Source: a virus (Duplodnaviria; Caudoviricetes). Taken from it: a stretch of DNA of 64,000 nucleotides. Location of the stretch: positions 5,062 through 69,061 of the IMG/VR virus record IMGVR_UViG_3300010965_000258. One strand, 5' to 3'. The stretch's first letter is position 1. Every line of letters starts with the position of its first letter. The notes under the pieces were generated by a model. That model had not been told where the DNA came from and did no database searches. It saw only the letters and a program-made list of their open reading frames with translations. Positions 1-9,522 of the stretch are shown here, piece by piece. The position numbers and the translations under genes were made by a program.

Positions 1-501
1 TGGATATGCCAAATCAATTGCCTCAAATCCAGTTTTAATTCCTGGGGAGCCGCCCATTTCTGCAGAGCGTATCTTTAGCAACTCCATATGTCTAATTGCT
101 GCATCGGCATCTGTAATATCTAAGTCTCGTACATTATTTGTAAACCTGCTAAGCCCAGCTAACTGCGACTGCATGTTTTCAAGAACTCTTGATGCAGCAT
201 CTTCTTTTAATGATGACCCTGCACGTAGAATAATTGTTTTAAGTTTATTTGAAATAAATTCATTCTTTAGTGTGTCAAGATAATATCCTGTTTGTCCTTT
301 AACATCTACTGGCTCAAAGTCTTTAAATTTCTCTTGCAGAATCCCAGCCTCTGGTACAGCTTTAAACTTATAGTAGTATGACTTTAATCCATCCCAAATA
401 TCTTTATGTGATGTAAATAGATCGTCTACGTTATCAGCAAGAAGTGTACTAATATCTTTATTCTTACATACTGCTGAGATTAGCTCTGCTTCTGTGTTCA
501 C
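1..501 (-). CDS. dnaB: DnaB-like replicative helicase, N-terminal part (runs off window start)
   Basis: Not in the ORF track. GTG at 501 overlaps the upstream TGA (GTGA) and the frame is open to base 1. Translation MNTEAELISAVCKNKD...GGSPGIKTGFEAIDLAYP; G-x-x-TGF-x-x-[IL]D is the motif that precedes the DnaB ATPase domain. Confidence 0.8.
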   Translation of the reverse strand, partial: MNTEAELISAVCKNKDISTLLADNVDDLFTSHKDIWDGLKSYYYKFKAVPEAGILQEKFKDFEPVDVKGQTGYYLDTLKNEFISNKLKTIILRAGSSLKEDAASRVLENMQSQLAGLSRFTNNVRDLDITDADAAIRHMELLKIRSAEMGGSPGIKTGFEAIDLAYP

Positions 502-821
502 TCTGGCCCGCCTTGCTCTACCATCTTCTTCGTTTCTTGTAATAACAAACGACGCTTTTCTTTATCTTTTTCAATCTCAGTTTTTGCTGTATCCATTTTA
601 TCAAAATTATATAAGAAAAACTGAATGGTATGTCCGTGCTTAGTTAAATGAAAATAGTATTCAAGCAACTCTTTCGCACGATCAAATCCTACACTATCAA
701 TGACATCTTGCATAGCCCATTTTTCACGAAACTTATTAATTGATGGCGCTTTGCCATATTTCTCTTTGTATAAATTTTGAAATAAAGACAGAAGGATATA
801 GGGCTCTTTGCTATTTGCCAC
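498..821 (-). CDS. hypothetical protein upstream of helicase (possible helicase loader/partner)
   Basis: 107 aa ORF translationally coupled to the helicase; function inferred from position only. Confidence 0.7.
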   Translation of the reverse strand: MANSKEPYILLSLFQNLYKEKYGKAPSINKFREKWAMQDVIDSVGFDRAKELLEYYFHLTKHGHTIQFFLYNFDKMDTAKTEIEKDKEKRRLLLQETKKMVEQGGPE

Positions 822-1014
822 TCTTTAATTCTTCCTCTACTTCTTCTGTTTTTTGGATTAATTTACTTTCAACAAAAGCATATACTCTTTCTGTTGCCGC
901 ATCGACTGTTTCTCCCTGCCTTACATCATCTTCTATTCCGACGCCAATTTTAATGCTTTCATAGTTGCCAAGATTTCTAGTAAAAGATAAATCTACTTTA
1001 ACTCTTGTTGTCAT
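811..1014 (-). CDS. small conserved-type phage hypothetical protein
   Basis: 67 aa ORF with GAGGGAG RBS, overlaps the next gene. Confidence 0.75.
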   Translation of the reverse strand: MTTRVKVDLSFTRNLGNYESIKIGVGIEDDVRQGETVDAATERVYAFVESKLIQKTEEVEEELKSGK

Positions 1015-1117
1015 TTTTATGCTCCCTCATGTGTCTAGATAAACTGTCGTGTGCAAAAATTCCCCAACGTAATTCCCATTCTTTATTGCATATAGAACAT
1101 TGAATGGTCCTTGACAT
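998..1117 (-). CDS. 39-aa C2H2-like zinc-finger micro-protein
   Basis: Manual translation MSRTIQCSICNKEWELRWGIFAHDSLSRHMREHKNDNKS; TGATG overlap with the upstream gene; C-x2-C-x18-H-x3-H. Confidence 0.65.
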   Translation of the reverse strand: MSRTIQCSICNKEWELRWGIFAHDSLSRHMREHKNDNKS

Positions 1118-1602
1118 CATTCCGCCTTCCATACAGGTACAAATTTTCCTTCTGCTGTTTTAGTATACAATATTAAGTTTGTTTTGAGAAGAGCTAAAAT
1201 TTCTGCTCTAGAAGGAATCTCAGAAGAATGACCAGAGTCTAATATGTATTCATGTATACCAAGTATGTCAGACTGGTTAAACATATACTTTGACCATTTT
1301 GACTCAATACCGTTCCCTATTGAATATATTTTTTGAGGAGTTTTTACTTTACCCTCTAAAATATAATCATGTATTGTTACTCTATGTTTATTTAAAATTG
1401 ATGCAACTTGCGTCATTGTATACGCAGATTCCATATTTTTTTCAACTTGAGAGTAAGAGTACATAACTCTTTTCTTATCTTCATATACCCAAGCAACAAG
1501 TTCATCTTTTGCACGAGATGATCTTAAAACTTTATGTATTTTATTATTTAAGAAGAAATAGAGAAAAGCTTTGCGTACATGGTTTCTCTTCTGTCTAGCC
1601 AT
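1117..1602 (-). CDS. helix-turn-helix DNA-binding protein (MerR/excisionase-like wHTH)
   Basis: AYTMTQVASILNKHRVTIHDYILEGKV is an HTH_17-type pattern. Confidence 0.65.
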   Translation of the reverse strand: MARQKRNHVRKAFLYFFLNNKIHKVLRSSRAKDELVAWVYEDKKRVMYSYSQVEKNMESAYTMTQVASILNKHRVTIHDYILEGKVKTPQKIYSIGNGIESKWSKYMFNQSDILGIHEYILDSGHSSEIPSRAEILALLKTNLILYTKTAEGKFVPVWKAE

Positions 1603-1733
1603 TTTGCCAACGCATTCGTTTCTTTATTAATCATCCATCGTTTTCCACACATAATGCAAAACAATTCCATATGTAGTTTTTGAGAAAAAACTCTATCAAT
1701 AAAAACTCGTCCATTACATCTTTGACACCACAT
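1548..1733 (-). CDS. small zinc-ribbon protein
   Basis: Start at MWCQRC (TAATG overlap with the upstream stop); CxxC...CxxC. Confidence 0.7.
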   Translation of the reverse strand: MWCQRCNGRVFIDRVFSQKLHMELFCIMCGKRWMINKETNALAKWLDRRETMYAKLFSISS

Positions 1734-2533
1734 TATAATGTAAATACTTTCCCGTCGACTACGCAAGAGTAGTCTGGCGATACGTGAATCATTTGAATAT
1801 GAGGATAATCATTTACAATATGTGCAACTGCAAATCCTTTTTGCCAATCATGATGCTGTGTGTACTTCATGCCTGGACCCTTTTCGTCACACATGTGGCC
1901 AATCTCATATCCACGAAGAGTTTCCCCTTCTCCGTTATTTCTAAGCTCATACGTTACCATGTGTGAAGCAATTCTATGGGAATGTCCACGAATTAAAGAC
2001 ACCTGCATATCTTCCATATCTTTTCTTGCCGATCCAGTCGCTGCAATTGAAAGTCCATGATGTACGTGAATGTCTCCAAATCGTCGCTTAGGCAACTCGT
2101 CATAATAAATATATTCATATCCAAGGGAGTCTAATGACCAAAGAGCTTCTGGGGTTACTTCATTAATATAGTCTGGAAGCTTGGCGTCTACGTAATTAAA
2201 AATACGTATATCGTGATTTCCTAAAGCAGAGAATAGCTGTGCGTTAGGGAGCATCTCTCTGGTCTTAGCATAAAAGTCTCTGGCACCTTTTGCCTCATGT
2301 CTCATCATAGGGACAATAAGATCACGGCTATCATTTTTATGAAGCTGCATAAATTCAGCTGATCGACCTTCAGTGTATTTGCTATAGCATGCTTGATCAT
2401 CTGTATCTCCAAGATAATCAACGACATCTGGTTTAAACCATTTCATTACCTTAAACCAAAGCGCAATCATTTTATCATCCTGATATGGGAATTGCTGGTC
2501 GGATGATAGCATCCACTTTAAATCGTTACTCAT
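1733..2533 (-). CDS. calcineurin-like metallophosphoesterase
   Basis: Motifs SDQQ, LGDTDD, LGNHD, VHHG, GHSH; start moved to the ATG of MSNDLKW. Confidence 0.85.
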   Translation of the reverse strand: MSNDLKWMLSSDQQFPYQDDKMIALWFKVMKWFKPDVVDYLGDTDDQACYSKYTEGRSAEFMQLHKNDSRDLIVPMMRHEAKGARDFYAKTREMLPNAQLFSALGNHDIRIFNYVDAKLPDYINEVTPEALWSLDSLGYEYIYYDELPKRRFGDIHVHHGLSIAATGSARKDMEDMQVSLIRGHSHRIASHMVTYELRNNGEGETLRGYEIGHMCDEKGPGMKYTQHHDWQKGFAVAHIVNDYPHIQMIHVSPDYSCVVDGKVFTL

Positions 2534-2575
2534 AGTTAGCCTTAATACGAAAAAAGCCACGGGTACGTGACTTTG

Positions 2576-2596
2576 ATGTTACAGTAATTGTAACAT
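2576..2596 (-). promoter_or_regulatory. extended -10 promoter (TGTTACAAT) inside an 8-bp inverted repeat
   Basis: ATGTTACA-gtaat-TGTAACAT palindrome; minus-strand TGnTACAAT at 2587-2595, upstream of the phosphoesterase/replication genes. Confidence 0.55.
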
Positions 2597-2614
2597 ATTT
2601 TTGTGTGGTGTCAA

Positions 2615-3049
2615 CTAGGCTGTAGTAGCCATGTACACTGCAACCCATTCAAAATGAACTGAGCCAGTGGATTTAGTTTCTTGATAATAAGAAATTCTTG
2701 CATTATTTTCATTTATCTGATCGACGTGATAAAATAATGAAATTGCTTTTGTACTTGTATATCTTGGTGTAACTACAATGTTTGGTGCTCCAGGAAAACG
2801 TGCTGCAGAATAATCAATACGTACGCTCTTAGATGTATCTCCAGATGGAGCTAATGCTAACACCTGTGTGCTATCGCCATAAACCATAGCAAATTTTGAT
2901 GGCTTAGTGCCATCAGTTGATGCACTTGTTAAAGGAATTTTTTTATTTGTATCAACAATAAATTGATACAGCAAAGACAACTTTTCACTTGTGAGTGGGT
3001 CGCCGTCACTAAAATTTAAATTTGGTACTGGTACCGTTGCATCTGCCAT
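2615..3049 (-). CDS. tail-associated protein with H-type-lectin/gp53-like C-terminal beta domain
   Basis: F-x-x-x-P-N-I-V-V-T-P and F-E-W-V-A-V patterns; last gene of the tail operon. Confidence 0.55.
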   Translation of the reverse strand: MADATVPVPNLNFSDGDPLTSEKLSLLYQFIVDTNKKIPLTSASTDGTKPSKFAMVYGDSTQVLALAPSGDTSKSVRIDYSAARFPGAPNIVVTPRYTSTKAISLFYHVDQINENNARISYYQETKSTGSVHFEWVAVYMATTA

Positions 3050-3057
3050 TTTTACTC

Positions 3058-3246
3058 CTAATTACCTTTAATTATATTTTGAACTTCTTCAACATAATTA
3101 TCTTTTAACTTTTCTTTTTCCGCAGCTTCATCCATTAGTTGCGTTATCTCTGCCCTAAGAATAGCACTTTGAATTTCATAATTTGAAACTAATTCGCCAA
3201 TTCTTTGTTGCAAGGCAGTAATTACTAAATCTGCTTTCTCTGCCAA
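3058..3246 (-). CDS. small coiled-coil protein
   Basis: 62 aa with heptad pattern, in the tail operon. Confidence 0.7.
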   Translation of the reverse strand: MAEKADLVITALQQRIGELVSNYEIQSAILRAEITQLMDEAAEKEKLKDNYVEEVQNIIKGN

Positions 3247-3254
3247 TTTAATCT

Positions 3255-3479
3255 CTATTCTGTCAATGCAGCAACTGCAGTTAATTCTGCATTGAGTGCT
3301 GTGATTTGTTTGCCTGTTTCTTGAATCTGAGATTCAACTGAGGTAACGGTCTGTGTATTTGGAACAGTTTTTGCATTTTCTTGCAAAAGATCCATTTGAA
3401 GATTGTACTCATTATACTTTAAGCTCTTGATGTGAGCAGATATAATATCAGTCTTTTCCTGCTTTGTTAAGATTGTCAT
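3255..3479 (-). CDS. small coiled-coil protein (paralog of 3532-3747)
   Basis: 74 aa with AAGGAGG RBS and its own TGCTATAAT -10. Confidence 0.75.
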   Translation of the reverse strand: MTILTKQEKTDIISAHIKSLKYNEYNLQMDLLQENAKTVPNTQTVTSVESQIQETGKQITALNAELTAVAALTE

Positions 3480-3531
3480 TGTCTTCCTCCTTTTATATTA
3501 TAGCATGTGCGAGTAATATCTGGCAAGCTGT

Positions 3532-3747
3532 TTATTGCTCTACAGACACTATCTCTAATTGATTATTCATTGCCTCTAGGGACATCAAGTTTTCGCTTTT
3601 TAGAAAATTTAATTCCTGTATATAGCTTTCGGAAGGAATGCTTTTAGCCTCTTCCTCTTGAATTGCCAGTTCTAGATTGTATATTGTGCCTTCAATTATT
3701 ATAATTCTATTTCCAATAATATCTAGCTTTTGTTCTTTTTTTAACAT
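3532..3747 (-). CDS. small coiled-coil protein (paralog of 3255-3479)
   Basis: Start at MLKKEQKLDII with GGAG RBS; aligns by eye to LTKQEKTDII...YNL. Confidence 0.7.
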   Translation of the reverse strand: MLKKEQKLDIIGNRIIIIEGTIYNLELAIQEEEAKSIPSESYIQELNFLKSENLMSLEAMNNQLEIVSVEQ

Positions 3748-3792
3748 GTTATTCTCCAATCTAACTATTCTATCATTTTTATTTAGTTAATA

Positions 3793-6700
3793 CTATACTC
3801 CAGTAGCATTAGTTGGTCCAGTTTTAACTGTTCCTACCCCATCTGTATACCTTGCTCTTACTTTTAGCCACCTTGGATTTGATGCGGCATTTGTAACTGT
3901 AAGGGAAAGTGTTCTTGGGCTTGCAGCAACAGAAGTAAAGGCTCCAAAGCCAGATGTTCCATTTGTTGAGCTGACAGAGTAGTCGTATCCGACTAATGTT
4001 CCGCCAGTTACTGTCGAGGCTGTCCAAGACCAGCTCTTTGTATTTCCAGAATTTCCAACAAACGTTACAGTCGGGGCTGTCGCTGAGTTTGTATTTGGCG
4101 TCCAAATTGCATATAGGGTAACATTTGCATTTAAAGGGTAAGATCCTCCAGCAGAATATGATGTTCCAGTATCAGTTGGAGAAGTGCTCCAATAAACAAA
4201 TGTAGCATTAGCTCTTGTAAATGAATTTGCTCTAAGTGTTACAGATCCATTTCCAGTTGTTGCCGTAGTTGTTCCAGTACCTCCATTAGCACTGTATGTA
4301 ATTGTATAGCTAACAGGTGCCGAAGTCCATTTTGCATACAAATCAACTGCTGCTGTCGGAGTGTAGGATGAACTTGCAGCATAATTTGTACCCGTTCCTG
4401 ATGTATTTGTATTCCATCCTCCAAATATTAATGTCCCGTTTGTTCCAGCGCCTGCTGGGAGTGTGACAGAGCCACCCTCTGTTGTTTGTGTGACAGACGT
4501 GTTGGCTGCGTTTCCGCCATTTGAAAATAAATTAACTTTATATAATGTTAAATTTACCCATACAGCATATAAAGGTGTATCTGCTGTTGGCGTCTGGCTG
4601 GAGCCAGAAGTATACGTTGCAGTTGTTGCAGTACTGGATGTACTCCATCCAAGAAACTTTTTACCAGAATATGACATTGTACCAATTGTTGCTAGCGTGA
4701 CTGCTCCTCCAAAAGACGTCTGTCTTGCAGAAGATATATTGGGTGATCCAGATGCTCCGTTTGCAGAAAACGTAAATGCATATAATGGCCGCCAAACAGC
4801 ATATAGAGTTATATTTGCAAGTGGAGTATATGTATTTGATAGTGTCGGAGCATTTCCAGTCTCAGACCACCCAGCAAAAATGCTATTTGATTTTGTCATT
4901 GTTCCAACTGAAGCAAGTGTAACTGATGCGCCAACTGATGCTTGAGTTACGCTTGCAGATGAAGGAGACCCTGTTGCTCCATTAGAATTAAATGTAACCG
5001 TATATATGCCTTGTGTTGTAAAAGAATAAACTATTGGATCTCCAGGTTGAGATAACGAATTGTATGGGGTCACAGTAAGGGTATATTGAGTTGAAGGAGT
5101 TAGGGTTGTAAACGCAAGATATTTACTTAAGGTTTCTGTTCCGCTTGCTTTTAAAGTATTGTCGCTGGTCTTCCTTAAAGCATACTGATAAGATGACATA
5201 TCATTGCTACCAGTTGTAATTCCAACGGAATAAGTTGTTGATCCAGGGATTATATCTTGTTGATATGGAGGGAACTGCTGTGTTCTAAAATAAACAAGTG
5301 GCTTTGCATATTGATTGGCAGCAGCAACTATTCTTGTATATCCATCATCATTTGTTCCATACGTAACACCGCCAGCTATTAAAAAAGCTGCGGAAGGTAT
5401 TGAAGTAAAGTACTGTCCGACTGAACCCAAGCTTCCATCTAGGTAAATTCTAAATCCATTATAACCAGAATATGGAGCCACTCCAAATCTTTGATATGCT
5501 TGATCTAAGTACAGCCCTGGGCCTGTAGAGGGGGCTGGCATGGAAGCTCCAACTCTTATGTAATTGATATCAACATAAGATTGATTTGTATAAAATTTCA
5601 TTTGATAGTCTATTGCGGTAGTAGAATTATTTTCTCCGCCAAGATTATATGATGTAGAATATACAACAAAGCTTGATGCATCAGACCAATACTTTAAATA
5701 GCCGTAACCAGTTGTCTCTGTTGTTAAGCCTTGTCTTAAATCACGCAAGTATGCTGCAATTAATCTGCCAAGTCTTGGTAAAGAATATTCTGCAAATTGT
5801 TGTTGTAGATTTGTGCTTGGTGAATCTAGAAGACCTACATAACCATTTGTAGATACATATAAGTCTTTACCGAAAGCAAATGAATAGTCTGCTGGCACTG
5901 TAATATTTACGTTGTTCACTGAAGAGGTTGTTGATCCAGCAATTGCACCCGCTCCAGTATTTGTAACTGTTAATGTAAAATTATGCAGACCGCCAGTTCC
6001 CATTGGAGTATATATCTGCTGTACAGCTGAGGAGGTGGGATAAAATTGATCAAATGGATTAGTTGATGCACCAGTCCATGTTATTCTTGCAGATGCAGAC
6101 GGGTCATCAGCAGAAAAATTAGATATATAATAAAATGCTCTTACTCCACCAGTCACAGTAAATGTTGTAATTGTTGGAAGTTTGTATAAAACCTTTGATG
6201 AGTCTTGAGGCGCATTTCCTCCAGGGAATACTCCAGTTCCTCCGTATGCAAGTTTTGCGTATCCGCTTGTGCTTTCTCCATTGGAATTAGACGCCCAAAC
6301 AATTGGTATTACGTTTTGTGTTTTATAAGAAGATGCATCAAAAGAACTGCTTGTGGCTCCATTAATTATTGACCAAGAAGATCCATAAATTGCAACAGTT
6401 GTTTCAACATACCATTGATATCTATAGGATGTCGGAGAGTTTGTCCATGTGCCATTATTAGTAATTGTGAATACATAGCTATTTGGATCTCTAGAAACAA
6501 CTACGGTGTTTATTGTAGCCTTTGGCAAGGCTCCAGTAATTACAGCAGTTGGATCAGATATTACCGTTGTAGATCCGCCAGAATTTGTTGCAGTAATTTC
6601 AACTTTTATTGTATGTCCTTTATCTGCCGTATCAATTGTATAGGATGAACTATTATTATTATTTGTTGCAAGTGCACCAGTATCTCCCCATTTCCAGACA

Positions 6701-7281
6701 TAAGCATAGGTGTCTGGTGTGGTGTCACCAGCAATATCTGTTAGAGTTTTCCATGTCGATGATGCAGTTAAAGTATTAAAGACTTCTGTTACTCCAGTAA
6801 TAACTGGCTTACTGTTTGCATTTGTATTTACTGGTGCGTACTTATTTACAAAAACTGCGTCTGCGGCAACTGTTGAGGACTGGCCAGTTCCGCTGCTTGT
6901 AGCAGTTATAAAAATAGATATCCATTTTTTATCGTCTGCAGCAACTGTTGTATAGGTTGCTGATGTTGCACCAGAAATTGAAGAGTAGGTTCCTGGGACC
7001 CCATTGTTATCTGTAGCACGTTTCCATTGCCTTGCGTATGAGTTTGTTCCACTTGGTGCAGTCCATGAGCCAAGTGAACCAGATAATGTTCCAAACAAAC
7101 GATCTGATCCAGTTATTTGTGGCTTGCTTGTATTTCCTGGCGCATTATTTTTAGAAAAAACCTTAGTCCATGCAGCAGATGCCTTATAGTAAATATTATT
7201 TATTTCAGTCCAAACACCGCCAGACTTATAATAAATTCTTTTTATTTGATTCCAAGCACCAGATTTTCTATATATAGACAT
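3793..7281 (-). CDS. tail fibre/adhesin with Ig/FN3-like domains and five InlB B-repeat (Listeria-Bacteroides repeat)-like domains
   Basis: 1162 aa, S/T/G-rich. Repeated Y-[TA]-[VFI]-T-[FY]-x-[AS]-NG-[AG]-x-G...F-x-[GY]-W units; N-terminal W-x-x-I-x-x-I-YYK motif. Confidence 0.8.
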   Translation of the reverse strand: MSIYRKSGAWNQIKRIYYKSGGVWTEINNIYYKASAAWTKVFSKNNAPGNTSKPQITGSDRLFGTLSGSLGSWTAPSGTNSYARQWKRATDNNGVPGTYSSISGATSATYTTVAADDKKWISIFITATSSGTGQSSTVAADAVFVNKYAPVNTNANSKPVITGVTEVFNTLTASSTWKTLTDIAGDTTPDTYAYVWKWGDTGALATNNNNSSSYTIDTADKGHTIKVEITATNSGGSTTVISDPTAVITGALPKATINTVVVSRDPNSYVFTITNNGTWTNSPTSYRYQWYVETTVAIYGSSWSIINGATSSSFDASSYKTQNVIPIVWASNSNGESTSGYAKLAYGGTGVFPGGNAPQDSSKVLYKLPTITTFTVTGGVRAFYYISNFSADDPSASARITWTGASTNPFDQFYPTSSAVQQIYTPMGTGGLHNFTLTVTNTGAGAIAGSTTSSVNNVNITVPADYSFAFGKDLYVSTNGYVGLLDSPSTNLQQQFAEYSLPRLGRLIAAYLRDLRQGLTTETTGYGYLKYWSDASSFVVYSTSYNLGGENNSTTAIDYQMKFYTNQSYVDINYIRVGASMPAPSTGPGLYLDQAYQRFGVAPYSGYNGFRIYLDGSLGSVGQYFTSIPSAAFLIAGGVTYGTNDDGYTRIVAAANQYAKPLVYFRTQQFPPYQQDIIPGSTTYSVGITTGSNDMSSYQYALRKTSDNTLKASGTETLSKYLAFTTLTPSTQYTLTVTPYNSLSQPGDPIVYSFTTQGIYTVTFNSNGATGSPSSASVTQASVGASVTLASVGTMTKSNSIFAGWSETGNAPTLSNTYTPLANITLYAVWRPLYAFTFSANGASGSPNISSARQTSFGGAVTLATIGTMSYSGKKFLGWSTSSTATTATYTSGSSQTPTADTPLYAVWVNLTLYKVNLFSNGGNAANTSVTQTTEGGSVTLPAGAGTNGTLIFGGWNTNTSGTGTNYAASSSYTPTAAVDLYAKWTSAPVSYTITYSANGGTGTTTATTGNGSVTLRANSFTRANATFVYWSTSPTDTGTSYSAGGSYPLNANVTLYAIWTPNTNSATAPTVTFVGNSGNTKSWSWTASTVTGGTLVGYDYSVSSTNGTSGFGAFTSVAASPRTLSLTVTNAASNPRWLKVRARYTDGVGTVKTGPTNATGV

Positions 7282-7283
7282 AA

Positions 7284-9521
7284 TTAATTCACATTCGTAC
7301 TAAAATATATGTCTCCGTCAACACCAAATGATGCACCCGCCATAGTAGTACTACTATTTGCTCCAGAATAGTGTTGTGCTCCTAAATACTGTAGCCCTTG
7401 ATCCGTAATAACTAGAGGTCTAGCAGGGACAGAGTCTCTTAATGCATGTGTACCTCTTTCTGTTGATTGATAGTTTACCCATTGTACTGCTGGTGCAGAA
7501 AATCCACCAGACCAACTAATAATTGCTCTTCCTACCCCAGGTGACGCTGTAATTGCAAATGTTCCAGCTGCAACTCCAAGATCTGCTCCAGGTCTAAAAA
7601 CAAGATCTACTGGCGTAATGCTCACCGATGATCCTGGATCTGATACTTTTAAATTTGCTGCCGAACCCCAGTTTATGAATGTACTTGCAATTGATGAGGT
7701 AAGTGAAAGCACACCATTGCCTAAAGATGTTGTCACCGTTGCAGTTCCTTGTAATCCAGCATCTACGTATCCAGTAGTTGAAAATGCACCAGATGCAATT
7801 ATATTATTTGTTCTGATAGATCCGTCTGCTGCATTAATCAGTACGTATTTTTCTCCTTCTTTATTATATGCATAAATACCATTTGATAATGAAACTCCTG
7901 GTACTGCAACATATGCGGTGCTTAATTTTCCAATTTCAATTCCTATTGTTGGAGTTGGTGAGGCTGGGTCAGTTACGTTCCATTTTTGTACAACTCTTAA
8001 TTGTCCAGGTATTTGAGTTGTATTATCTGTTTTTGAAATTCCGCCAACACTTACGGATCCAGTAAAGTTTCCAGAGTTGGCATTAATTTCTCCAGTTACT
8101 GTCAGTTTTGTTCCATTCCAATATACAGAATCTGTAGAGCTTCCTATTTTTATTCTTGCGGTATTATCTGTTACCGTGTTACCATAAATATACCAATAGT
8201 TACTTGGACTTAAATATAATCCTTTGTTAAAAGCTTCTCCACCAGGACCAACTCCATATCCAAGCTTCATATCACCAGCACTTATATACTTTGTATCTTT
8301 AATCGAACCAGAGAATGCTGGCACTGTTACTGAGGTTGTTTGCCATGTAGAGTTTACGTTGTCATATTCATCATATGTGCTTTTGCCAACTTCATAAATC
8401 TGTCCAGCTAAAACTCCAAATAAATTAGCCGTAGTAGTAAGCCTTCCAGGCACAGACATGTACTGATATGGCTCTGTGGAGTCTTTTATTCTCCAGCGAA
8501 GTTTATATCCTAATGTGGTTGTATCTTCTTCTGCTAGCCAGCTAAACTGTACCTTATAATTAAAATCAAATAAACCGTTGCTATCTACCGCTGGGGTGCC
8601 AGCGGTTATTGGTTTTGCATTAGAAGGGGCTGCCGCATCATATCCACTTGGGTCAGCCGCCTTTACTTCTTTGTAATTAGAAAATGTAGATGTAGTTCCA
8701 TCTTTTCCAACAAATCTAATTTTTACATATTTTTTACTAAGATCCGCAACATGCTTAATTATTTGAGGGCTTTGTCCTCTTACTATTTCTGCAAATGTTC
8801 CAGTGGCTGTAGAGGCTTCGTAAACTTGAGCATAATCAAAATTTTCTTTTTGTCCAGGAGTAAGCATTGCTACTCCTAATGGTGAAACATAATTTAAGTC
8901 CCAGCCAACAGTATATCCATCAAGTTGTGATACAGTACTCCATGCGCCATCTGGTATTGTTACTGCTGAAAGTCCACTCGCAGAGGCTGCTGTTGTAAAC
9001 ACTATTCCAGTGCTTATGCCATCTTTATTTACTACCTGTATCTTGCCAGTATATTGTGATGGTAAATATTTAGCATTATCAGTTTTTCTAAAATGCTCTC
9101 TTGCTATTGCCTCGGTAAGAGTAAATGTTTGAGACTTATTGTTCTTGTCAACGTTTTGATTAAAAGTGTATGCAGTTCCATATGTAGAATCTGTAAGCGT
9201 TATTTTAAAGCTATCAGCACGATTGACTGCAACGCCTTTAATTATTGACTCTGGTCTATTGAATGTTATTTTTAATGTTGTATTGGCCCAAGAGCTTACA
9301 ATGCTATCAACTTCTGGTAATGTTATTGCCTGTGTTTGAAAATCTTTTGCCACTGACCATTTGCCATAAGTGCCATCTTCCCACTGCCATCTAAATATAA
9401 AATTATATATTCCATCAAATATAGATGATTGAGGGTCTAGGTCTGGTACTGTTATTAGGTAGTAGTCAGTGTTTTCAATTCTTGAATTAACATCTTTTAA
9501 ATCATCTGGTGTTGCAACCAT
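7284..9521 (-). CDS. minor tail protein with FN3-like domains
   Basis: 745 aa; VQFSW...GYKLRWR...Y.V FN3 pattern; position in the tail module. Confidence 0.75.
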   Translation of the reverse strand: MVATPDDLKDVNSRIENTDYYLITVPDLDPQSSIFDGIYNFIFRWQWEDGTYGKWSVAKDFQTQAITLPEVDSIVSSWANTTLKITFNRPESIIKGVAVNRADSFKITLTDSTYGTAYTFNQNVDKNNKSQTFTLTEAIAREHFRKTDNAKYLPSQYTGKIQVVNKDGISTGIVFTTAASASGLSAVTIPDGAWSTVSQLDGYTVGWDLNYVSPLGVAMLTPGQKENFDYAQVYEASTATGTFAEIVRGQSPQIIKHVADLSKKYVKIRFVGKDGTTSTFSNYKEVKAADPSGYDAAAPSNAKPITAGTPAVDSNGLFDFNYKVQFSWLAEEDTTTLGYKLRWRIKDSTEPYQYMSVPGRLTTTANLFGVLAGQIYEVGKSTYDEYDNVNSTWQTTSVTVPAFSGSIKDTKYISAGDMKLGYGVGPGGEAFNKGLYLSPSNYWYIYGNTVTDNTARIKIGSSTDSVYWNGTKLTVTGEINANSGNFTGSVSVGGISKTDNTTQIPGQLRVVQKWNVTDPASPTPTIGIEIGKLSTAYVAVPGVSLSNGIYAYNKEGEKYVLINAADGSIRTNNIIASGAFSTTGYVDAGLQGTATVTTSLGNGVLSLTSSIASTFINWGSAANLKVSDPGSSVSITPVDLVFRPGADLGVAAGTFAITASPGVGRAIISWSGGFSAPAVQWVNYQSTERGTHALRDSVPARPLVITDQGLQYLGAQHYSGANSSTTMAGASFGVDGDIYFSTNVN

Positions 9522-9522
9522 A

